Shown one piece after another: positions 1 through 9,629 of a stretch of DNA of 64,000 nucleotides (position 1 is its first letter; each line of letters begins with the position of its first letter). A program made the position numbers and the translations under genes. Below the pieces are notes generated by a model that was given only the letters and a program-made list of their open reading frames with translations, was not told the origin of the DNA and searched no databases. The stretch comes from Ranitomeya imitator. Lineage: Eukaryota. The stretch lies in NCBI RefSeq assembly GCF_032444005.1, contig NC_091284.1:37510001-37574000 (forward strand). The letters run 5' to 3'.

Positions 1-457
1 TTCTAAAGCTGACCTCCCCTGGCTGCAGGGGCGCAATTGTCCCGAGTAAACTGGTAGACACGTATGTCACACTATAGACGAAGCGCCGGAAGTCGCGCTA
101 TTAGTGAGGCGCTGCGCTGATGTGTGCCAGAAATGTGTACCCCCTAAAAAACAATACTTAAGAACCTAAATAAAGAAAGTAGATCCCTTACCGTGGGTAA
201 TGACAATGAGCACCCTCCGCTGCTGATGGATGTAAGTGAGGCTGTGGTACAGGTCGTGCAAATGGCGATGACCGGAGGGTGGGCGTGCAGGAGCACGTGC
301 GGACGAGAGCGGTATAGAACGCCGCTACCAAGTGCAGAGCCAGGGAACGTCCCGGCCGGAGGCGTCCCTCGTTACACTGGAAAACAAAGATGGCCGACGC
401 TGACACGCAGCGTGTGACGTCACGGGCCTACGGAGCCACCCAAGGACCAAAAAGGTA

Positions 458-501
458 AACCGACGCGTTTCGAAGGGTAAACGCCCTTCTTCATCAGGGT
501 T
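458..501 (-). ncRNA. Mirror copy of the PLE hammerhead ribozyme
   Basis: Reverse complement of 4893-4936, in the left arm. Confidence 0.88.
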
Positions 502-1162
502 ATGGCCCTACAGGGGAACTCCACTTAACTATATACCTTATCTCATCCTGTGCCCCCGCCCACTGAGATACATAGCCCGCCCCAGTCCCTGAGATGACCA
601 GTGTCCTATTACAACCTATTCACATCCAGTGCTCGTCACTCTATACACTCGCCCTAAATGACAAGGTATTATTAGTCATTAGGGCCCATACCCCACAAAT
701 ATAAATGACATGTGCATGCTGCATGCTAGGAGAAATAATAAAGAAAGTATGTAAAATATCTAATAATAAATAAAAAATAAAAAATAGGTGAAGTAAATTG
801 AATGAAAGGAGGGGAAATAATCCAATTTATTGAATAAAAATTACTGCTAAAAATAAAAACTTTATTATTAAAACATCTAATAGTAAAACTTAAAACCTGT
901 AGATATTCCCCTACAATAAAATGGTGCTATCACTAATTAAACACAATAAAATCCATTAAATTAAAAACAAACGTAGGTCTGATTCTGTATTGCAGATTGT
1001 ACAACACCCTGTCACTGCACCATTGAAATGCATAAGAAAGGTGTATTCGAGCTTGTAGATGAACCCCACCTAATTACATCTAGTGAGGCTACTCATATGC
1101 ATAATAAATAATCTAAAGTGCATTGTAGTGCTACATGACGTGTCTGGCTACCACTCCCGCCA

Positions 1163-1777
1163 TTAAAATGCGTGTAATTCAAAATCATGATTGAGGCCCC
1201 TAGGGGTAAGGCAATCTAACCTGAATATCCATTCTGACTCTACTTTGGACATTTGTTTCAGGAAATTGCCCCCCCTCCTACTTTGATGGACTTTTTGAAT
1301 CCCACAAAACCGGACATCCTTCATATTGCCATTATGTTGCTCCTTGAAGTGACGGGATAGGGGATGACCTAGGAACCCCTTCTGAATATTCTTAAGGTGC
1401 TCCTTAATTCGTACCATGAGTCTCCTCTTGGTTCTACCCACATACAGTTTGTCGCACGGGCATAAAATCAAATAAATGATACCTGTTGAGTAACAAGTGA
1501 TTTTATCCCGAATATTAAATATCTCTGTTCCAGCAGCGTCTCTGAATGTGGTTTGGCACCTCCTCTCAATACCTGTTTGTGTGCAGCAATAGCAACCTCC
1601 ACAAGGCATGAAACCCCCATCAGGTTTAGATTTCTGACTTGCCAACGGGCCCTGAGCATTATAAGCCAATTTGGCTGTGGGAGCTAGCAAATTGGTCAAC
1701 GTGCGAGCTTTTCTGTACACAAATCTGGGATGCACAGGTAGATGATCCCCTATGATCCTATCCCTCTGCCCCAACAT
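1163..1777 (-). CDS. Stand-alone Cys-linker + GIY-YIG ORF created by the inversion junction (expression unproven)
   Basis: The minus-strand ORF matches the C-terminal part of ORF 3434-4231 from QRDRIIG onward. An in-frame ATG at 1777-1775 lies just outside the arm boundary (1768). Confidence 0.4.
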   Translation of the reverse strand: MLGQRDRIIGDHLPVHPRFVYRKARTLTNLLAPTAKLAYNAQGPLASQKSKPDGGFMPCGGCYCCTQTGIERRCQTTFRDAAGTEIFNIRDKITCYSTGIIYLILCPCDKLYVGRTKRRLMVRIKEHLKNIQKGFLGHPLSRHFKEQHNGNMKDVRFCGIQKVHQSRRGGNFLKQMSKVESEWIFRLDCLTPRGLNHDFELHAF

Positions 1778-1898
1778 CCAAAGGCACGAAGGGAACAGGG
1801 GGGTATACACCACTCAGTAAGGATTTTTTTCGGGCAAGACCTTCAAAACCAAAAGATGCAAAAGGGGAGGGAAATTCACCAAAAAGAAAATAGGGGGT

Positions 1899-4231
1899 GT
1901 GGTTTCTAACTCCCAAAAAATATACAACTTGAGTTCATATCAGTTAACGGACAATGACATATCCCTCCTACAAAAAGGTCTAAAATTTGCCCCATCTACC
2001 TCTGCCAAACCATTTGATTTATATATTGGAATGAAAAAATTTCTACGTAATCTGGCTCTGAAGAAGTTCTTTTTGAAAAGAGAACGTATTGCTACTGTGG
2101 CCGGCACCCTAGAAACACCCAAATTCATCCATACCAAATTATCCAATCCGTCTTCCTTTAATCCCATACAGGAATACTCGAATGTGTTTCACACTTTTGA
2201 CACCTTAGTGACTGCAGATATTAGAAAATTACAGAAAGGGAAAAGAATATATAATATACATCTAGTAATTTAAATTCTCGAGAGAGGACCTCCCTAAAAA
2301 ATCTGCAAACGAACAATGATATTATTGTCCGCCCGGCGGACAAGGGTGGCGGAATTGTGATTCTTGACAGGACGAAGTATCAAGAGGAAGCGGAACGACT
2401 TCTGGGTGACACAATTACATATAGAAAGTTATGTGGTGACCCCACGCCACAGTATGTGAGGAAATTGCACCTCTTAGGCCAAAAGGGGAAATCACTGGGC
2501 ATCCTCAATAAAAAAGAATGGATGTTTATCACCAATTCCAATCCGAATGTGGCCTTCTTCTACCACATACCCAAGGTACACAAAAGCCTGGTGGACCCTC
2601 CAGGGAGGCCCATCATCTCGGGCATTGGTAGCCTTACGGCCAATTTGTCTAAATACGTGGACACCCATTTACATAAATATATGTCCCTTATCCCGACATA
2701 TTTGAAAGATACGGGTCATACCCTGGAGATATTAGAGACAATATAGTGGAACCCCAGATACATTTTAGTAACCTTGGACATTAAATCCTTATACACTGTC
2801 ATTAATCAGGAGATGGGGTGCCAGGCGTCCGGATATTTTCTTGACCAATTGGGCATGTACTCCACAATCCAAATCGAGTATATACAGGAGTGCATTATGT
2901 TCATCGCCCAACATAATTATTTCATGTACGAGGGCCGTTTTTTTCTACAACAATGGGGCACGGCAATGGGGACGCGTTTTGCTCCTGCATTTGCTAACCT
3001 ATATGTAGCCAAGTGGGAGGAGTCAGCCATCTATGATAAAGGCCAGCTTCGTACGGGGGTGGCATTATGGCGTCGATTTATTGACGACGTCATTCTGATT
3101 TGGGAGGGGTCTAGGGCAGACTTGGACTCATTCATTTGTGGCCTGAACATTAATAACTTCGGCTTAGAGTTTACACCCACCATAAGTGACAGCACTATTA
3201 ACTTCCTGGATCTGACTATTTTTATCGAAGAGGGTCATCTTTGCACCAAATGTTACCGGAAGGAGGTGGATTCCAATAGCTTCATTCATACCAGCAGCTG
3301 CCACCTTCCGGTATGGCTCACCAACATTCCAAAGGGACAATTTACCAGAATTTGACGCAATTGCACCAATCTGGGGGATTTTGATTCAGAAGCAGAACAT
3401 CTCACTCAACAATTTCTGGAAAAAGGTTATCCTATGCCACTGGTGGAACAAGCAGCTAATAAAGTCAGAGCTATACCAAGGAGCACCTTGATACATAAAT
3501 CCGAATCTGTACCCCAGGGTATTTTACCCATTTCTGATCAAATCAAACAACTGCCCATCATAAAGCAGTTTCATGCTGGGTATAGGCAGTTCCAGGGGAT
3601 TATTCGGAAACATTGGGCAATCCTCCAGAGGGATAGGATCATAGGGGATCATCTACCTGTGCATCCCAGATTTGTGTACAGAAAAGCTCGCACGTTGACC
3701 AATTTGCTAGCTCCCACAGCCAAATTGGCTTATAATGCTCAGGGCCCGTTGGCAAGTCAGAAATCTAAACCTGATGGGGGTTTCATGCCTTGTGGAGGTT
3801 GCTATTGCTGCACACAAACAGGTATTGAGAGGAGGTGCCAAACCACATTCAGAGACGCTGCTGGAACAGAGATATTTAATATTCGGGATAAAATCACTTG
3901 TTACTCAACAGGTATCATTTATTTGATTTTATGCCCGTGCGACAAACTGTATGTGGGTAGAACCAAGAGGAGACTCATGGTACGAATTAAGGAGCACCTT
4001 AAGAATATTCAGAAGGGGTTCCTAGGTCATCCCCTATCCCGTCACTTCAAGGAGCAACATAATGGCAATATGAAGGATGTCCGGTTTTGTGGGATTCAAA
4101 AAGTCCATCAAAGTAGGAGGGGGGGCAATTTCCTGAAACAAATGTCCAAAGTAGAGTCAGAATGGATATTCAGGTTAGATTGCCTTACCCCTAGGGGCCT
4201 CAATCATGATTTTGAATTACACGCATTTTAA
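1899..4231 (+). pseudogene. PLE reverse transcriptase/GIY-YIG endonuclease ORF, disrupted
   Basis: ORF pieces 1899-2273, 2357-2746, 2774-3355 and 3434-4231. One frameshift near 2240-2260, plus in-frame TAG (2744-2746) and TGA (3353-3355). Confidence 0.92.
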
Positions 4232-4892
4232 TGGCGGGAGTGGTAGCCAGACACGTCATGTAGCACTACAATGCACTTTAGATTATTTATTATGCATATG
4301 AGTAGCCTCACTAGATGTAATTAGGTGGGGTTCATCTACAAGCTCGAATACACCTTTCTTATGCATTTCAATGGTGCAGTGACAGGGTGTTGTACAATCT
4401 GCAATACAGAAACAGGCCTACGTTTGTTTTTAATTTAATGGATTTTATTGTGTTTAATTAGTGATAGCACCATTTTATTGTAGGGGAATATCTACAGGTT
4501 TTAAGTTTTACTATTAGATGTTTTAATAATAAAGTTTTTATTTTTAGCAGTAATTTTTATTCAATAAATTGGATTATTTCCCCTCCTTTCATTCAATTTA
4601 CTTCACCTATTTTTTATTTTTTATTTATTATTAGATATTTTACATACTTTCTTTATTATTTCTCCTAGCATGCAGCATGCACATGTCATTTATATTTGTG
4701 GGGTATGGGCCCTAATGACTAATAATACCTTGTCATTTAGGGCGAGTGTATAGAGTGACGAGCACTGGATGTGAATAGGTTGTAATAGGACACTGGTCAT
4801 CTCCGGGACTGGGGCGGGCTATGTATCTCAGTGGGCGGGGGCACAGGATGAGATAAGGTATATAGTTAAGTGGAGTTCCCCTGTAGGGCCAT

Positions 4893-4936
4893 AACCCTGA
4901 TGAAGAAGGGCGTTTACCCTTCGAAACGCGTCGGTT
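4893..4936 (+). ncRNA. Type I minimal hammerhead ribozyme in the PLE pseudo-LTR
   Basis: AACC-CTGATGA-A-GAAGGG(cgttta)CCCTTC-GAAA-CGCG-TC-GGTT. Core boxes, a 6-bp stem II with an extra A after A9, palindromic stem III ACGCGT, GUC cleavage triplet at 4930-4932, stem I AACC/GGTT. Confidence 0.88.
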
Positions 4937-6062
4937 TACCTTTTTGGTCCTTGGGTGGCTCCGTAGGCCCGTGGCGTCACACGCTGCGTGTCAGCGTCGG
5001 CCATCTTTGTTTTCCAGTGTAACGAGGGACGCCTCCGGCCGGGACGTTCCCTGGCTCTGCACTTGGTAGCGGCGTTCTATACCGCTCTCGTCCGCACGTG
5101 CTCCTGCACGCCCACCCTCCGGTCATCGCCATTTGCACGACCTGTACCACAGCCTCACTTACATCCATCAGCAGCGGAGGGTGCTCATTGTCATTACCCA
5201 CGGTAAGGGATCTACTTTCTTTATTTAGGTTCTTAAGTATTGTTTTTTAGGGGGTACACATTTCTGGCACACATCAGCGCAGCGCCTCACTAATAGCGTG
5301 ACTTCCGGCGCTTCGTCTATAGTGTGACATACGTGTCTACCAGTTTACTCGGGACAATTGCGCCCCTGCAGCCAGGGGAGGTCATTTTAGTAACCCAAGC
5401 GCGGTGCCGTTTGTATATATATTGTTTTGGTCTTTACAGAAAGTGGCACATGTTCTGTGGCTACCAGCAGCTGGGTTATTGTATAGGTTATCCCCACGTC
5501 TTGTAGTGGTTTTAGGTGCTGAGCGCCGGTGATAGTCTGTTTTATAGCTTCTAAAGCTGTAAGGATGGTGTCTCCTCCTTCACCTAGCTATATAGCAGAT
5601 CCATAGAGTCCTGGAGCACATTGACTAAAATACAGCAGGATGAGACCTATCCCTTAAAGTACAAGAGGATGGTCTGGAAGGCCCTGGTTTGTGATACCAT
5701 ATTGAAGTAGATAAAAATGCCATTTATTGCCGATTTGGAGCCATTCACTTGCTTCTAAATATCAATAATGCATGAAAAAGTGAAAAAAAAAATCAAAGGT
5801 AACAGAGGGGAGCACTTCAGATAAAAAGGTAGGGTTATTAGCCCATGTATGTATCAAATTTTTGGGCAAACTCATGGTCTAACTGCACCATGTGCATCAT
5901 AGTGGAACCACCATGAGTGCAAATATGGCAGCCAAGTATACAAATATTGCAAAGAGTGTATTAGAGAAGGGTTCTGAGATGTTGGCAATACATAGATGAC
6001 GTCTTGCAAATTTAGAATACCAAGCAGGAAGAGTTGAAGGAGTTGTATACATTTCCTAACTA

Positions 6063-7687
6063 CAGTGCCTTGCGAAAGTATTTGGCTGCCTGGAACTTTC
6101 AACCTTTTCCCACATATCATGCTTCAAACATAAAGGTACCAAATGTAAATTTTTGGTGAAGAATCCACAAGCGGAACACAATTGTGAACTTGAACAAAAT
6201 TTACTGGTTATTTAAAATTTTTGTGGAAATTCAAAAACTGAAAAGTGGGGCGTGCAATATTATTTGGCCCCTTTACTTTCAGTGCAGCAAACTCACTCTA
6301 GAAGTTCATTGTGGATCTCTGAATGATCCAATGTTGTCCTAAATGCCTAATGATGATAAATATAATCCACCTGTGTGTAATCAAGTCTCCGTATAAATGC
6401 ACCTGCTCTGTGAATGTCTCAGGGTTCTGTTTAAAGCACAGAGAGCATCATGAAGACCAAGGAACACAACAGGCAGGTCCGTGATACTGTTGTGGAGAAG
6501 TTTAAAGCCGGATTTGGATACAAAATGATTTCCAAAACTTTAAACATCCCAAGGAGCACTGTGCAAGCGATCATATTGAAATGGGGGAGTATCATACCAC
6601 TGCAAATCTACCAAGACCCGGCCGTCCCTCTAAACTTTCATCTCAAACAATGAGAAGACTGATCAGAGATGCAGCCAAGAGGCCCATGATCACTCTGGAT
6701 GAACTGCAGAGATCTACAGCTGAGGTGGGACAGTCTGTCCATAGGACAACAATCAGTCGTACACTGCACAAATCTGGCCTTTATGGAAGAGTGGCAAGAA
6801 GAAAGCCATTTCTCAAAGATATCCATAAAAAGTGTTGTTTAAAATTTGCAACAAGCCACCTGGGAGACACACCAAACATGTGGAAGAAAGTTCTCTGGTC
6901 AGATGAAACCAAAATCAAACTTTTTGGCAACAATGCCAAATGATATTTTTGGCTTAAAGGCAACACAGCTCATCACCCTGAACACACCATCCCCACTGTC
7001 AAACATGGTGGTGGCAGCATCATGGTTTGGGCCTGCTTTTCTTCAGCAGGGACAGGGAAGATGGTTAAAATTGATGGGAAGATGGATGAAGCTAAATACA
7101 GGACCATTCTTGAAAAAAACATGTTGGAGTCTGCAAAAGACCTGAGACTAGGACGGAGATTTGTCTTCCAACAAGACAATGATCCCAAACATAAAGCAAA
7201 ATCTACAATGGAATGGTTCACAAATAAACGTATCCAGGTGTTAGAATGGCCAAGTCACGGTCCAGACCTCAATCCAATCGAGAATCTGTGGAAAGAGCTG
7301 AAAACTGCTGTTCACAAACGATCTCCATCAAACCTCACTGAGCTCGAGCTGTTTGCCAAGCAAGAATGGGCAAGAATTTCAGTCTCTCTATGTACAAAAC
7401 TGATAGAGACATATCCCAAGGGACTTGCAGCTGTAATCGCAGCAAAAGGTGGCGCAACAAAGTATTAAGTTAAAGGGGCCGAATAATATTGCACGCCCCA
7501 CTTTTCAGTTTTTGATTTTCCACAAAAATTTAAAATAACCAACAAATTTTGTTCAACTTCACAATTGTGTTCCACTTGTTGTTGGTTCTTCTAAAAAAAA
7601 TTACATTTGGTATCTTTATGTTTGAAGCATGATATGTGGGAAAAGGTGGAAAAGTTCCAGGGAGCCGAATACTTTCGCAAGGCACTG
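6063..7687 (+). mobile_element. Tc1/mariner DD34E transposon, Passport-like, long inverted repeats
   Basis: TA|CAGTGCCTTGCGAAAGTATT ... AATACTTTCGCAAGGCACTG|TA. IRs of about 220 bp. The transposase closely resembles Passport as recalled (MKTKE..RDxVVEK..., AAKGGATKY). Confidence 0.95.
6450..7468 (+). pseudogene. Tc1 transposase, disrupted
   Basis: WSDETK, FQQDNDPKH and PDLNPIENLW with 34 residues between D and E. Frameshift near 6585 and in-frame TGA at 6941-6943. Confidence 0.93.
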
Positions 7688-7917
7688 TATATTGACCAAG
7701 AAATACAAGTCACATTAGTGTGTTTGAGACAACACGTTCAGTTTGTAGATTTGATTATCTAAATTTAGTATTATCAGTTGGTAGCAAATCTGTATACTAA
7801 TCCCATGCATAAAAATAAATTGTTAAAATTTGCAAGTAGTCACTCTTGGAAGATGATTGATCCTTTCAATTTCAGAGAGCCAGAAGAATAGTTAGTAACA
7901 GTGATCAATTAGGTAGA

Positions 7918-8185
7918 TCATAGAATCATAGAAGGTTAGAGTTGTAAGGGACCTCCAGTGTCCTCGTGTCCAACCCCCTGCTGAATGCAGGATTCACTAA
8001 ACCATCTCAGACAGATGTCTGTCCAGCCTCTGTGTGAAGACTTCTATTGAAGGAGAACTCACCACCTCTCGTGACAGCCTGTTTCACTCATTGATCACCC
8101 TCACTGTCAAACATTTTTTTCTAATATCTAATCTGTATCTTCTCCCTTTCAGTTTCACTCCATTGCTTCTCATGTTTCCATGTGC
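7918..8185 (-). mobile_element. CR1 LINE 3' end fragment
   Basis: TCATAGAATCATAGAA is the reverse complement of the CR1 (ATTCTRTG)n tail. It is followed by typical antisense CR1 3' sequence (gaagggacctcc..tccaaccccctgct..). Confidence 0.75.
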
Positions 8186-8461
8186 AAATGAGAATAATGA
8201 TGATCTCTCGGAAGAGGTGCAGGACAAGTTCAAAGAAATTTATTACATCGTCCTAACGATAAGGAAAACAACATAGACCATTTAACATTGCTACAACAAG
8301 TAAGTAGAGTGACTAAATCCAATCGAGTCCAGTGAAAATAAGAGACCACTTAGCTAATGTCATATTTAAATACTAGCCCATTCGTAGAAAATAGTTGCGG
8401 AACATACTGGAATTTAGGAGCTCCTATATTTTCATCCAGAAGTGTTACTCACATGTCCTAT

Positions 8462-8712
8462 GGGCACTATGGTGGCTCAGTGGATAGCACAGCAGCCTTT
8501 CAGCGCTGGAGTCCTGGGTTCAAATCCCACCAAGGACAACATCTGCAAGGAGTTTGTATGTTCTCCCTATGTTTGCGTGGATTTCCTCTGGGTTCTCCGG
8601 TTTCTTCCCACATTCTAAAGACATACTGATAGGGAATTTAGATTGTGAGCCTCATTGGGGACAGCGATGATAATGTGTTCAAACTGTAAAGCGCTGCGGA
8701 ATATGTTAGCGC
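8462..8712 (+). mobile_element. tRNA-derived SINE (V-SINE-like) with L2-type tail
   Basis: A box GGTGGCTCAGTGG, B box GGTTCAAATCCC, V-domain-like GTTTGTATGTTCTCCCTATGTTTGCGTGG, and a 3' end TGTAAAGCGCTGCGGAATATGTTAGCGCT. Confidence 0.82.
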
Positions 8713-8808
8713 TCCTTTCCCAGCCACCGCCTCCCTTTATGCATCAGGTTACCATGGTAATCTAACCCGGCTCTCATGTCACAAACTTAAGCCTTATACA
8801 CTCCCTAG

Positions 8809-9103
8809 AACCAAAAACACATGGGCTACTTGCACAGTGAACAAGTCTGTAGAAACCTGTTCACACCACCAAGAAACTTGAAGACACAAAAAGAGCACAG
8901 CGAGGTCAAAAATACTCTGTTGTAAAGAAGTCACAGTAAATGAGCAAGTGCTAGTCAAAAAATGAGAAAAATACAGGGTATTTAGTTAATACTTTTTTTG
9001 CAAAAAAATGTATACTAAGCTGCTCCACCAATCGCCAAAGTATACCCATAATAGAGCAGTCCTATCTAATGTACATAATCCCTATCTGATGTATTTAAAA
9101 ACC
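8809..9103. repeat. Unclassified dispersed repeat, copy 1 (truncated)
   Basis: Aligns in the same orientation to 63605-63903. Confidence 0.85.
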
Positions 9104-9629
9104 TTGGTGGTGGGAAGATCATTGTCTGGAGTTACATTCAGTAAGGGGTGTGCGAAACATTTGCAAGGTGGAAGGCAATATCAATAGCCTAAAATATCAA
9201 GAAGTATTAGCTACCTCTTCTATTCCAAATCATAAAAGGGGTCAAATTCTGCAGCAGGATGGTGCTCCATCTCATCCATCCATCTCTACAACAAAGTTCC
9301 TGCAGGCAAAAAAGATCAAGGTGCTCAAGGACTGGCCAGCCCGGTCACCAGACATGAACATCATTGAGCATGTATGGGGTAGGATGAAAGAGGAAGCTTG
9401 GAAGACAAAACCAAATAATCTAGATGAACTCTGGGAGGCATGTAAGACGGCATTCTTTGCTATTCCTGATGACTTCATTAATAAATTGTATGAATCATTG
9501 TTGAACCGCAAGGATGCAGTCCTTCAAGCTCATGGAAGTCACACAAAACATTAAATATGACTCTAATAGCACCACAACTTCATTCACCAATGTTATGCAA
9601 CATGTATTTGTATTTTAATTTAATTATTT

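Larger units (their letters stand above)
11..5384. repeat. Long inverted repeat, arms 11-1768 and 3626-5384
   Basis: Paired coordinates sum to 5394 throughout (188/5206, 1163/4231, 1768/3626). Only a handful of substitutions were seen by eye. Confidence 0.97.
12..5548 (+). mobile_element. Penelope-like retroelement (Neptune clade), 5'-truncated, with inverted duplication of its 3' part
   Basis: RT motifs (PPGRPIISG, DIKSLYT, QQWGTAMGTRFAPAFANLY, RFIDD), then a Cys-rich linker (CGGCYCC) and GIY-YIG (IIYLILCPCDKLYVGRTKR..RIKEH). TTCTAAAGCTG at 1-11 recurs at 5549-5559 as a TSD. Confidence 0.93.

Noticed and set aside
188-417. Short ORFs in the pseudo-LTR (and their mirrors at 4977-5206)
   Set aside because: Overlapping ORFs on both strands in GC-rich sequence, with no homology recognised.
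8462-8540. tRNA gene
   Set aside because: A and B boxes are present, but there is no full cloverleaf and it continues into a SINE body and tail.
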